Assembly: GCF_004010195.1 (NCBI RefSeq)
Contig: NC_057749.1
Span: forward strand, 18,718,487 to 18,781,027
Source: Chiloscyllium plagiosum
Taxonomy: Eukaryota
Length of the DNA stretch: 62,541 nt
Direction: 5' to 3'
Shown: positions 41,801 through 53,323 of the stretch, one piece after another
Layout: every line of letters begins with the position of its first letter
How positions within the stretch are numbered: position 1 is the stretch's first letter
Made by a program: the position numbers and the translations under genes
Notes under the pieces: model-generated
What the model saw: the letters and a program-made list of their open reading frames with translations, nothing else
The model's database searches: none
What the model was told of the DNA's origin: nothing

Positions 41801-44800
41801 TGTACTGAGATCAGATCAATGTTCATCGTGTCTTTCACCAAGGATTGAGAGTTCAGACTTAATGAGGTGCTGTGATTGATAAGTTTTATGTTTTGTTTTA
41901 CGTGTCATTTATGCCATTGGGCTGAGAGGTTCATCCCAGTGTCTGCCCTTACTCTGCATGGAGCTGGAAACAAACATCAGCCCTCTGTCAGCTTCAGTAT
42001 TGCCCCTATCCATTGAGCTAGCTGGCTGAGCTACATTTAAAGAGAATTTTTTTTAAAATTGCCGAAGAAGTGATTACCAACTGAGGTTTGCTGTATGGAG
42101 GATGTGTGGAGGTGTAGATTTCTCACTGAGTCTGACAGTGTCTGGGAGCTGACTTCTGAAATGAAACTGTGGCAGGGCACTTCAAAAAAATGTGCAGTTA
42201 CTGAGATTTATCAATAGATTATAGAGTATCAAAACAAAGAAGTTGTAATGAACCTTTCATTGAATTCTGATTTGGTCTCCGTTGGAGTATTGTATCCAAT
42301 TCTTTTAGTTTGATTAGAGAAGTTAGGACTGTTCTCTTGAGAGAAGGGTAAAAGTTTACTTGACAGACATGCTGAAAATCATGTAGTGTCAACAAAGGAA
42401 GGAACCATTCCCCAATGGCAGGAAGATTGAGACTAGTGGTACCAATTTTGAAATGAATAGTAAACAAACTGAAGATGAGGGAAAAAAAAATTCTCCATGC
42501 TGAGTGGTTGGGATCTCGTGTGCAGACTTATAGAATCATACAGCATGGAAACAGCCCCTTCAGTCCAACTTGTCCATGCCAACCAAGTTTCCCAAACTAA
42601 ACTAGTCCCACCTGCCTGCATTTAGCCCTATCCCTCTAAACCTTTCCTATTCATATACCTGTTCAAACATGTTTTAAATGTTGTAATTGTACCTGCATCT
42701 GCTACTACATCTGGCAGTTCATTCCACACATGAACCACCTGTGGCGAAAGTTCCTCCTCCTATCCCTTTTCAAATCTTTCTCCTCTCATCTTAAAAATAT
42801 GCCTCCTAGTTTTGAACTTGCCCCACCCTAGGGAAAAGACATTTTTCTATTCCCCTTACCTTTGCCCCTCATGATTTTAAAAACATCTAAGAGGTCATCC
42901 CTTAACTTCCTCCCTTCCAGTGAAAAAAGTCCCAGCCTATGTTTCTAACTCAAACCTTCCACTCCTGGTAAATCTTTTCTGAAGCCTCCAATTTAATAAT
43001 ATCCTTCCAATAGCAGGGTGACCAGAACTGAATATGTACTCTGAAAGTAGTCTCTGTAACATCCTGTACAACCTCAACTTGATATCCAACTCTAGACTCG
43101 ATCTGACCAATGAAGGCAAGCGTGCTAAATGGCTTTTTAACCCCTTTGTCTACCTATGATGCAACTTGCAAAGATGTATGTATCTCAGCCCATAGGACTC
43201 TGTTTGACCATATTACCTAGGGCCCTACCATTAACTGTGTAAGACCTATCCTTGTTTGTTTTACCAAAATGCAATACCTTGCATTTACCCAAGTCCTTGA
43301 AGGGAAACACTTATGGGAAGGGTCAGAGCAGTGAGACTGGTTGGGTTGCTCTTGCATAATGGGCGGCACGGTAGCACAGTGGTTAGCACTGCTGCCTCAC
43401 AGCGCCAGAGACTCAGGTTCAATTCCCGCCTCAGGCGACTCTGGAGTTTGCACATTCTCCCCGTGTCTGCGTGGGTTTCCTCTCTCAATCCAAAAATGTG
43501 CAGGTTAGGTGAATTGGCCATTCTAAATTGCCCGTAGTGTTAGGTGAAGGGGTAAATGTAGGAGAATGGGTCTGGGTGGGTTATGCTTTGGCAGGTCGGT
43601 GTGGACTTGTTGGGCCGAAGGGCCTGTTCCCACACTGTAAGTAATCTAATCTAATAATGCCAGCATGAGCTCCACAGGCTGTATGGTTTCTTTCTGTGCT
43701 GTAACTATTCTATTCATCCCTACCTCCTTCATTTATCCCTGAATTCACATCACTAAAAAGGAACAGGTAATGTGATTGCTATCTCATTGGTGTTTGTGAG
43801 AGATTGCTGTGTTCAAATTGGCTTTTAATGTTTCCCACTTTAGAGCAATTAATTGGGACTTTTGGTAGTGTGTCTATGTCTGGGTCAGAAGGTAAAATTC
43901 AAATCTCACCTTTTTTAGAGGTGTGTCAAACACAAGTGAATAAGTCTATTAAAAGCTATCTACAGCAAATGATTAATTTTCATTAACCCAACACCCCCTG
44001 ATGCAATGTCATTGATTTGAAAGGCTTGTAATTGAGCTTTAAGAAGGTTATCCTTCTGAATTCTATTAACCTATTTGTTGCTGACTTTTGGCATTTCCTT
44101 CTCCAGATTACACCATATTGGACTGTATTTATAGTGAAGTGAACAGAACATACTTTGTTTTGGATGTGATGTGTTGGAGGGGTCACCCAGTCTATGATTG
44201 TCAGGTGTGTAAGATAGTAACATTTAAAAAACATCTTCTTTCCTACTGCTCCACTTATTCTGTATTATAATCATAGGACATGGGACATCATTAAGATGTT
44301 TCATCTACTTAACAAGCTCCATACAATGCGAGTCTTAAATAGGCTAACATATTAATAAAAAGAATAAAATCAAGTGTGTTTTCAATTTGGCAAGAACATT
44401 TTTTATTATTAACCATCAGCTTGATTTAGTTGTTAGCCTAATTTGAGTCAAAAGGTCATGATTAGATCCAAGCACAAAATATAGATGCATGGTGCAGTAT
44501 TGATTGAGTTGGAGGGACCATTAACATTGAATTTGAATCTCCGTCCGTCTGCTCAAGCAGCACAAAGTGTCCTGAGAATGGAGATGACTTATTGTATCCT
44601 GGACAACATCTGGTTATTTTGAGAAGCAGAAGGGTCACCTAGATATTTATTGCCTTGTTGTTTGGGAACCTTGACTTGTATAAGTTGGGTGCTATTTCAC
44701 CTACAATATAAAGGAATGCAGTTCATAATGTAATGCATTGTAAAGAACTTTGGTCGTGTCCTCAAGACATCACAGATGCTACAGTACTGAAAATTGTTTA

Positions 44801-47800
44801 ATTCCTTGAATGAGTTTGTAAATAATTATTTAGCAAATCATTTTTAATTACTTATATCTTTTTTTTAAAATATAGACAGAGTTCAGATTTTTCTGGCTTC
44901 AGTCAAAATTGGAAGAGGAAGGCAAGAAGCTGGCTGAGATAGTGTCTCGCAATCCGGTGAGTGCTTCCACGTTTTCTTATGGCAAGATTTGCGGATTCTA
45001 GTCCAAACGGATATTTATATTTGTAGGGATATCATTTATTATTATTAAATATGGCCTGAAGGGAAATCTGAAACCTAATGGAATAAGGGAAAGATAGATG
45101 GATATATTAATTGACGATTAATTTGGTGTGAATTGATTGTATAAATACGAGGAGGTAGTAATCAGTGGGCTAAGAATTTTGTCATAGAATTACAGAATTC
45201 TTACAGCGCAGACTGAGATAATTCAGCCCATTGTGAATGCACGGGTTCTGTCCCCTAGTACCAATCTCCTGCCTTTTCCCCATATTCCTGCATTTGATTT
45301 CTGTCAAAATAATCATCCAATGCCCTTCTTGAACACCTCAATTGAACTTGACACCTGTACATGTTTAGGCCATGCATTTCTTACCCTAACTACTCACTGT
45401 ATGAAAATGTATTTTTTCTCATGCCACTTTAAATTTATATCTTTTTTAAATATCGACCAAGTTCAGATTTTTCTGGCTTCAGTCAAAATTGGAAGAGGAA
45501 GGCGAGAAACTGGCTGAGATAGTGTCTCACAATCCAGTGATTCTTTTTTTTTCTTGTACTAGCATGAATAGCTTCTCCATATCTACTCTATCCAACCAGC
45601 TCAGAATTTAACTTCTATCAAGTCTCCTGTCAGCTGCCTTGTCTTGAAAGAGTACAGTCCCAATCTGTTCAATTCTCGTCATAACTGAAGTTTCTCATTT
45701 CTGGAACCATTCTTCTAAATCAATTCTGCACTCTCCAATGGATTTACATCTTTCCTATAATGTGGTGCCCACAACTGTACTCAACACTCCAGCTGAGGTC
45801 CAGCAGGGATCTCAAGTTCAATGTCACCACCCTGCTATTGTACTATATGCTTCTATTAATAAAGCTGAGAACACTTTGCATTATTAACTTCTCTCTCCGC
45901 CTGTCCTGCCACCTTCAATAATCAAGCACGTTGGCATTCAAGACCCTATCCTGTGCCCCCTTTAGCATTGTAGCTCTAGTTTATATTGTCTTTCAATGTT
46001 TTCCAACCTCTCCCTTCTCTGCATGGAACGTCATGTCACCTACCCAAACACTACACCAACTTATCAATGTCCTTATGGAGTGTGGTTAAGTGAAATAAAA
46101 CTCATTAAACATATGGATTTGAATTCTGCGTCAAAACGTGAAGTTTCTAGGTATGGCTACCCACTCCTGTTTTCTGAAAGTGAGGCTGATGACCAGTGGA
46201 GAAACGAATACCCATGCGGATCTTTATCTATGAATAAATAAATCATATTTTTAAATGTGATTGAGTAATCAGTTAGGGTGTGATTCATGGAGTATCGTTA
46301 ACTGAGCTAAAACACTCATTAAAAGTGTGGAATTGAAGTCTGTTCAAGAACAGTTATCGTTTAGTGTGTAATATAATTATTCACTTTAATCTGTCAATTT
46401 TCAGGTATTACAGGCATAGAACAGTACAGCACAGTACAGGCCCTTCCGCCGTCAATGTTGTGCTGACCTTTTCTCCTACATACCCTTCATTTTACTATCA
46501 TTCATGTGCCTATCCAAGAGTTGCTTAAATGTCCCTAATACATCTGACTCTACTACCACTGCTGAGCGTGCATTCCGTGCACCACCCACTCTGTGTGTAA
46601 GGAACCGACCTCTGACATCTCCCCTAAATCATCTGCTAATCACCTTTAAAGTTGTACTCCCTTGTGATAGCCATTTCTGCCCTAGGAAAAATAGACTATT
46701 CACTCTATCTATGCCTTTCATTATCTTGTACACCTCTATCAAGTCACCTCTCACCCTTCTTTGCTCCAATGAGAAAAAACCTAGCTCTCTCAACTTTTCT
46801 TCATAAGACATGCCCTCCAGTCCAGGCAGCATCCTGGTAAATCTCCTCTGCACCCACTCTGAAGTTTCCACAGCCTTCCTATGATGAGGCGACCAGAAGT
46901 GAACACAATATTCCAAGTGTGGTCTAACCAGGGCTCTTCAGAGCTGCAGCATAACCTCGCGGCTCTTAAACTCAATTCCCCTGTTCATGAAAGCCAACAC
47001 ACCATACGCCTTCTTAACAACCCTATCAACTTGGGTTGCAACTTTGAGGGATCTATGGACATGGACCCCAAGATCCCTCTGTTCCTCCACACTGCCAAGA
47101 ATCCCACCTTTAACCCCATATTCTGTATTCACATTCAACCTTCCAAAATGAACCACTTCACATTTTTTCCAGATTGAACTCCATCTGCCACTTATCAGCC
47201 CAATTCTGCATCCTGTCAATGTCCCGTTGCAACCTACAACGGCCCTCCACACTATCCACCACTCCACCAACCTTCATGTCATTGGTAAACTTACTAACCC
47301 ACCCTACCACTTCCTCATCCAAGTCATTTATGCAAATCACAAAGAGCAGAGGTCCCAGTACCAATCCCTGTGGAACACTACTGGTTACCGAGCTCCAGAC
47401 TGAATACTTTCCATCTACTACCACCACCCTGTGTCTTCTGTGGGTCAGCCAATTCTGTATCCAGACAGGCAGGTTTCCCTGAATCCCATTCCTCCTTACT
47501 TTCTGAATGAGCCTACCATGGGTAACCTTATCAAACACTTTGCATGTACACCAAGAAGGCTCTGCCGCCTTCAGCGTGTTTGTCATGATGCAAAGATCAC
47601 TGCCAAAGGCATAGCAATCTCTTCCCTCTCCTTATGTTTTTCAAAATTTTCAGTACATCCTCCTCCTCAACATCAACCTGTTCGAGCATATCAGCGTGTT
47701 TCACACTGCCCTCAGAAATGTCAAGGTCCCTCTCAGTTGTGAATACTGAAGCAAAGTATTCATTAAGGACTCCCCTACCTCCTCTCACTCCAGGCACAAG

Positions 47801-50800
47801 TTCCCTCCACTATCCCTGATTGGCCCTACCCTCACTCTGGCCATCCCCTTGTTCCTCACGTAAGTGTCAAATGCCTTAGGATCTTCCTTAATCCTGCTAA
47901 AGCTTTATCATGCCCCTTCTAGCTCTTCTAAGTCCATTCTTCAATTCCTTCCTGGCTACCTTGTAACCCTCTAAAGCCCTGTCTGATTATTGCCGCCTCA
48001 ACCTTAAGTAAGCTTCCTGCTTCCTCTTGACTAGATGTTCCACATCCCTTATCGTCCAAGGTTCCTTCACCCTATCATCCCTTCTTTGCCTCAGTGGGAC
48101 AAACCTATCTAGCACTAACAGCAAGTGCTCCCTAAACAACCTCTTCATTGCTGTTGTGCATTTCCCTGAGAACATCTTTTCCCAATTTAGGTGCCCCAGA
48201 TCCTGTAATAGCATTGTAACTCCCCCTCCCCCAATGAAATAATTCCCATACTGTCTGCTGCTATCCCTCTCCATGAGTATAGTAAAGGTCAGAGAGTTGT
48301 GATCACTGTCACCGAAATGCTCGTCCACTGAGAGATCTGACACCTAGCCAAGTTTGGTGCCAAGCACCAAATCCAATATGGTCTCCCCTATAGTCAGTCT
48401 ATCTGCACATTGAGTCAGGAATCCTTTCTGGACATACCTGACAAAAACTGCTCCATTCAAACAATTTGATTAGCAAAGCCATTCCTCCACCTCTTCTGCC
48501 TCTCTCCCTATTCCTTTTGAAACATCTAAACCCTGGAACATCCAACAAGCATTCCTGCTCCTGTGATATCCCAAGTCTGAAGTGGGCACAACATCGTAGC
48601 TCCAAGTGCTGATCCATGCTCGAAGTTAATTATTCTTATTCCTTCTTACTTGGGTTAAAATAGAGACACTTCAACCCATCACACTAACTGCAACATTGTT
48701 CATCAACTGTCTGTCCCGAATCACAGATTCTCTGCACACTGTATCTTGCTGTTCACTAGTTATTCCGTCTTCCGATCCATAGCAATGGTTCCCACCCCCC
48801 TGTCAAACTAATTTAAACCTTCCTGAAGGACTCTAGCAAACCTCTCGCCTAGGATATTGGTACCCCTCCAATTCAGGTGTAACCTGTCCTCCTTGTACAG
48901 GTCCCACCTTCCCCAGAAGGTATCCCACTAATCCACATATCTGAAGCCCTCCCTCCTACATTAGCCCTGCAGTCACGTGTTTATCTGCACTCACTCTCTG
49001 TTCCTCGCCTCACTAGCACATGGAGCTGGTAGCAGTCCTGAGATTGCTACTCTGCTCATCCTGCCTTTTAGCTTCCAAGCTAACTCCCTATATTCTCTCT
49101 TCAGGCCCTCATCCCTTTTTCCTAGCCATGTCGTTGGTGCCAATGTGTACCACAACTTCTGGCTGCAGCACACCTTCCTTATACACAGTGGCTCTGAATT
49201 TCAATTCAGCTTGATAGACTGGGATCAAAGTCTCTTTGTAAAAGATGACACCATGGGAATCCATCATATTAGACTGGCCATAAACCTGACCCAAACTTGT
49301 CAATACCCACATGGGTTGTAGGATAGTTAGTACTGAAATTGAAATGTCACTTTAATCAGATGCTGATTTACTTCTGTGTTGGGAGTTCAGAGAGAGCTTC
49401 AGTCCTGTGGCAAGCTGCATCTTAAATTTATTGCTAATGAAATTGTTGCTAATTTCTAGCACTGACATCCTTCATTTGACAAGCAGAGAATAATTTCCTT
49501 GTCAGCTGTGGAGCATCATCATTAAAAGTGTGACCAATTAAAATTAAATTCCATACCATATTTTACTTCCAAAGGAGCTGAAATAGAGAGGAGGAGTTTG
49601 ATTCAATTGTGCAGAGTCACAGGACGTGGGCATAACTGGTTAGGCCAGCATTTATTGGTCATTCCCTAATTGTCCTTGTTAGACCTCAGCTGGAATATTG
49701 TGTACAGTTATGGGCACCACATTATAAGAAAGATGTAAATGCATTGGAGACCCAATTGCTGTGGGTCTGGAGTCTCACAAAGGCAAGGCCAGGCCAGGCC
49801 AGGTGAGGTAAAGATGGCAGATTTCCTTCCCTAAAGAACATTAGTGGACCAGATGGATTTTTCCTGACAATCAGCAGTGTTTTCAGACTGTTAATTCCAG
49901 ATTTTTTAATTGAGTCCAATTTCCACCATCGCCATGGCGAGATTCAAACCCAGCCCCCAGATTATTACCGGTGCCTTTGGATTAATAGTCTAATCATAAT
50001 TCTAGGCCATTGCCTCTGATACCTACTTTGCAAGAGATTAAAGGGGACACAGTGTAGATTCACCAGTGACATGTAGACTTAAAAGAATAAATTAGGACTC
50101 TGGCAGGTTGCATGTTTAATTGATTTGATCTAATGAAGGTGTTTAAAATGTTGGAATTTAATATTTTGTGGTTTTGAAGCTTGAAAGTTCGTAGCAAATT
50201 ATCATAGCCAGCAGTCTTACCCTGGTACGCAACCAAAATACCGCAGAGGCTGAAAATCTGAAACGAGAACTGCAAGTGCTCAGCAGGTCAGGCAGCTTCA
50301 GTGGAGAGAGAAACAGAGTTAATATTTCGGGGCAGTGGTCTTTCACCAGAAATGAAAGAAGTTACTCATGTACTTCTGTTGGTTTCATTTTTATTTTAGT
50401 TCTGGCATAATATATCATATTTTCCTTAGGCAGTATGATTGGTAACTTGTGAAAGGAAGTGTCATTTTTACTGGGCATGTATTTGCTTTGAGGTGCACTT
50501 TACTAATATATTCAGAATTTGGGAGAAGATTTGTAGCTCGGGTGCTCGTTGTTGTGGTTCTGTTCGCCGAGCTGGGAATTTGTGTTGCAGACGTTTTGTC
50601 CCCAGTCTAGTTGACATCCTCAGTGCTTGGGAGCCTTGGCTCCCAAGCACTGAGGATGTCACCTAGACAGGGGACGAAACGTCTGCAACACAAATTTCCA
50701 GCTCTGCGAACAGAACCACAACAATATATTCAGACTCCTACTGTTCTATGCTAAACGTAAATGGGCCTCCTATTTGAACAAGGTGCTCTGTCTCATATAT

Positions 50801-53221
50801 GCAATTAGAAAGAACGTTTATAAAATCTTGAAGCAATACTAAAAAAGTGAACATGGAGACCTGTAAACATGGAACACAATTTTGATTTGAAAGGAAAACA
50901 GACTGGATGGTATTTTGGCCCAGTCCTGAACCTTTGTTATAACTCAGCTGGTTAGGCAGTGAAGCATCAAAGACTGAAACCTTGTTCTTCTAAACATACA
51001 ACTTTTACTTACATACAAGCATCTCGCTTACCATACACCTTGCATCAATTTTGCTGCTATTTTTATGCTTTTGGGTGCTCAAATGATCAGATTAACTAAT
51101 TAGAGGATCACCGAATTAACCCATTAGGGGCTGGTTCTTTAACAAAACCTAAATATTCAAAGGAAACTTAGAAAACTAAACTAAAATGTCATCCCTGGGG
51201 TTGATGCGCTCAGCCACTGCAGTGCCCATTGGTCATAGGAGGGTTCAAACATCCCATTGGACACTGCACGCTTCCTTTCCAGGGGCATTCGGAAGATGCC
51301 CTGTGTTAGAGCACAGATGAGCCCCCAGTTAATACTCACTACCTTAAAACTGTTTACAATAGCTGCTGTGAAGAAGTAAGGAAAAACGGATGAAGGCTGA
51401 TGTGTACTAAGTGAAAGGAAACGTAATGTTGGGACAGAAATTACAGTCTGCAGTTCCAAAATCAAGGTTGAATCCAGAAGCTATGAAGAGTCTAATTGTC
51501 AGTTTGAAGAACAGCACCTCATCTTTCAAGTGATTGATGTGAAATATTTGATGTATTTAAAGGGAGTCTAGATAACGTGAGGCAGAAGTAAGTAAAAGAT
51601 TAGGATAATGGGTGGGTGGGTGGCTGGATTCTTGAGTGGAACATGAACATTGGCATGCACTTGTTTGGGAACCAGGCTCCATTCATCATTTTTTTTAAAA
51701 GCTGTTTTTGGCCTGTAAGCCAGTAGTACATTTGGATTGTCAATACTGTTGAGAAGTACAAAGGTCAATCTCTCTCTTCTCTCCACAGTTTAAGTTTGTG
51801 GGCCTGCCAAGTTTGCCATGTACACCAGAAGCCATTTGCCAGACTTTGGCTGCAGTTTATCCATTTGAGGTAATTAAAACTGTTCTAAACATGTCTCTAC
51901 ATGTTTCATTCACTCTCCTCTACTCGGTTTTTCTCTAAGTAGCTAGTTCTTTCCCTAAAACACAGCAGATTATATTTTTCTATTACCTCCAATTAGAGTA
52001 ACATAGATTGCCGAATCTCAGTTGTGATTCCAAATGAGTTCATTGTTAGAAGTGTTATGATTCTCCTGTCATAAGGGAACTTTGATGTATGATAACTCCA
52101 TTTACCATATTCCAATACACTGGCTTTTCATTCCATTTTAATCTCTGCCATGGTTCACTGGGTTATCATTCTAGTCTGAGTTAAAAGCTTAAATGTTTAT
52201 GTCCCACTGCAAATGCTTGAGCAGAAAATTTGGGGTGGGGCTGGGGAGAAGATAGCTGAGAGTGCAATAGGTGGTTGGAGGTGGTGGTAAAGGTGATAGG
52301 TTGGAGAGGAGGGTGGAGTGGATAGGTGGGAAACCAGATTGACAGGTAGGACAAGTCATGAGGACAGTGGATGAGATGTTAAACTGAGACCTTGTTTGTC
52401 TCTTCTCCCTAGCCCCCACCACCACCACCCACCATACACCACCACCCACCAAACACCACTTTGAAGACGAGCAGTGGAATTATCTCCAGTACTCTGACCA
52501 ATGCATCTGTCGACCATGATCGCTAAAACAGATGACCTCGTCATTTTCACCTTATTGCTTGTGTTCCCTTCAACATAACAGTGATGAGGCTTGTTTAGCT
52601 GTGAAATGTTTAGGGAAAGATGCAATGTAAATACTATATATCTGTTTCCTTTTAACTTTTTTGTCTGATCTCTCCCTTTTGTTCCCTTGTCCTCATTTAC
52701 TCGTTCCCTTTTTGACACAATCTTGTCTGACACCAGACCCCTCTTTCTGTTTGCGTGCTCATTCAGTATTTTAATCATTTTAAGTGTAAAAGGAGTGTGT
52801 CAGGATGAATGTGTTTAAGAAACTGAGGTCCCATGTTAAGTTGGGTCCCCCTTCCTCTCCAGAATAGGTGTGTGATCTGAAATGTGCCTTGCAGGTGGAT
52901 GGGTTGCTGTTTTACCACAAGCAGACACACTACACCCCGGGGAGCACGCCGCTAGTTGGCTGGCTGAAACCGTACATGGTGGCTGACATCCTTGGATTGG
53001 CTGTCCCGGCCTGCCCTTTGTCCGTGAAGCCCGAATATGCCAACTCACAAATGCAACAGATAATCGAGCTGAAAAAGAGCAAGGCCGAGGGGTACAGCAC
53101 TAACCCGAGCAAGACGGAGACCGCTGGGTTGGGCCGATATGAATTGGAGCATCTCTCCACTCCCAAAAAAGCTGGATCATCGCCCTCTAAAATGGAATGC
53201 ACGAGTAAAATCAGAAGCTGA
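17648..53221 (+). CDS. SNUPN: Snurportin-1 (m3G-cap snRNP import adaptor), 8 coding exons, 1092 nt, 363 aa
   Basis: Exons 17648-17805, 19668-19812, 37244-37348, 38970-39066, 44107-44204, 44876-44956, 51789-51869 and 52895-53221 are all GT-AG with matching phases. N-terminal IBB region (MDELSQAL...HPRLAQYK...[14 protein letters not shown]); cap-binding Trp equivalents in LMLSEW and PLVGW. Confidence 0.98.
19668..19812 (+). CDS. SNUPN: SNUPN exon 3
   Basis: [19 protein letters not shown]...[10 protein letters not shown]|gttgga. Confidence 0.95.
19998..20186. mobile_element. Fold-back Penelope-like terminal element (family B)
   Basis: Inverted arms ~20032-20099 and ~20118-20186; TSD tacgtct(t/a)tataa at 19985-19997 and 20187-20199. 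Confidence 0.8.
20890..25120 (+). mobile_element. Near full-length degenerate CR1/HER1 LINE (esterase ORF1, APE, RT)
   Basis: IGDS motif ~21750, [28 protein letters not shown] ~24240, 3' tail ~25110; HE1 fragment nested at 23140-23345. Confidence 0.88.
25740..26056 (-). mobile_element. Young HE1-like V-SINE
   Basis: Complete head, V-domain and (agatt)n tail; CpGs retained; short TSD acaga. Confidence 0.92.
27060..27990 (+). mobile_element. CR1-type LINE 3' fragment
   Basis: [30 protein letters not shown]. Confidence 0.8.
28930..31850 (+). mobile_element. Degenerate CR1/HER1 LINE ORF2
   Basis: [28 protein letters not shown]; small Penelope-type insert at ~30905-31055. Confidence 0.85.
31935..32430 (-). 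mobile_element. CR1/HER1 3' end, antisense
   Basis: [19 protein letters not shown] on the minus strand; tail at ~31935. Confidence 0.8.
33643..34694 (+). mobile_element. Young 5'-truncated Penelope-like element
   Basis: ORF 33903-34433 ends in [26 protein letters not shown]; CpGs retained; intact hammerhead core at 34605-34632; 16-bp TSD atattgta(c/t)tgaatga at 33627-33642 and 34695-34710. Confidence 0.93.
34605..34632 (+). ncRNA. Minimal hammerhead ribozyme motif, sense to SNUPN
   Basis: CTGATGA-A-GGGC-TTTT-GCCC-GAAAC-GTC. Confidence 0.72.
35323..35350 (+). ncRNA. Minimal hammerhead ribozyme motif at the start of a solo Penelope terminal repeat (35322-35438)
   Basis: Core identical to 34605-34632; flanked by an aagaacct duplication. 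Confidence 0.72.
36570..36618 (+). mobile_element. 49-bp Penelope family-B terminal micro-insertion
   Basis: aaacctgttggactataacctggtg...tttttaac with a perfect 13-bp TSD cctgttttggaaa (36557-36569 and 36619-36631). Confidence 0.75.
37244..37348 (+). CDS. SNUPN: SNUPN exon 4
   Basis: cttgcag|[35 protein letters not shown]|gtaagt. Confidence 0.97.
38100..38830 (+). mobile_element. Old CR1/L2-type LINE 3' fragment
   Basis: Degenerate LGLFSLE..LRG.LIEVFKI and RGHSL remnant. Confidence 0.65.
38970..39066 (+). CDS. SNUPN: SNUPN exon 5
   Basis: ggtcag|[32 protein letters not shown]+G|gtaaac (not in the ORF track). Confidence 0.95.
40140..41415 (-). mobile_element. CR1/HER1 LINE fragment, antisense
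   Basis: [28 protein letters not shown]; tail at ~40140. Confidence 0.85.
42530..43290 (-). mobile_element. CR1/HER1 LINE 3' fragment, antisense
   Basis: Tail tagaatcatacagcatggaaac; LQKRFTR remnant. Confidence 0.8.
43361..43654 (+). mobile_element. HE1-like V-SINE
   Basis: gggcggcacggtagcacagtggttagc head, (aatct)n tail, TSD ataatg. Confidence 0.9.
44107..44204 (+). CDS. SNUPN: SNUPN exon 6
   Basis: ctccag|(D)[32 protein letters not shown]|gtgtgt. Confidence 0.97.
44876..44956 (+). CDS. SNUPN: SNUPN exon 7
   Basis: aatatag|[27 protein letters not shown]|gtgagt. Confidence 0.95.
45180..46075 (-). mobile_element. Old CR1/L2-type LINE 3' fragment interrupted by the exon 7 copy
   Basis: LINE-like sequence (atccaatgcccttcttgaa...; atctactctatcc...tcaagtctcct) continues on both sides of 45435-45545. 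Confidence 0.7.
45435..45542 (+). pseudogene. SNUPN: Duplicated copy of SNUPN exon 7 with splice flanks (pseudo-exon or possible alternative exon)
   Basis: 45456-45536 matches exon 7 at 75/81 nt and is an open frame ([27 protein letters not shown]); acceptor TAG changed to TCG; donor is GTGATT. Confidence 0.9.
46415..49170 (-). mobile_element. CR1/HER1 LINE with internal deletions, antisense
   Basis: VVVHIGTND (esterase), HFGDSDHN (APE), [13 protein letters not shown] (RT), EYCVHFWSP. Confidence 0.9.
49622..50015 (-). mobile_element. SINE-like repeat (related copies at 17032-17190 and ~6420-6595)
   Basis: ggcagatttccttccctaaagaacattagtg core recurs in the window. Confidence 0.6.
50518..50722. 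mobile_element. Fold-back Penelope-like terminal element (third family) with hammerheads on both strands
   Basis: Near-perfect palindrome ~50549-50724 centred at ~50636; TSD aatatattcaga at 50506-50517 and ~50723-50734. Confidence 0.85.
50647..50686 (+). ncRNA. Minimal hammerhead ribozyme motif
   Basis: gca-CTGAGGA-T-GTCACCT-agac-AGGGGAC-GAAAC-GTC-tgc: stem I gca/tgc, stem II, palindromic ACGT stem III. Confidence 0.75.
51789..51869 (+). CDS. SNUPN: SNUPN exon 8
   Basis: ctccacag|[27 protein letters not shown]|gtaatt. Confidence 0.95.
52895..53221 (+). CDS. SNUPN: SNUPN exon 9 (last coding exon)
   Basis: ttgcag|[28 protein letters not shown]...[10 protein letters not shown]...KIRS*. Confidence 0.97.
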   Translation: MDGLLFYHKQTHYTPGSTPLVGWLKPYMVADILGLAVPACPLSVKPEYANSQMQQIIELKKSKAEGYSTNPSKTETAGLGRYELEHLSTPKKAGSSPSKMECTSKIRS

Positions 53222-53317
53222 GTGACTTGGCTGTATGGACAGTGACTGTTCCAAGATGGCAGATCTCCTGCCGGAAACACTCAAAGGACCAGCGCTTCCT
53301 GGTTTATTTATTTTAAA

Positions 53318-53323
53318 AATAAA
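53318..53323 (+). promoter_or_regulatory. Proximal SNUPN poly(A) signal candidate
   Basis: AATAAA about 100 nt after the stop codon. Confidence 0.5.
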
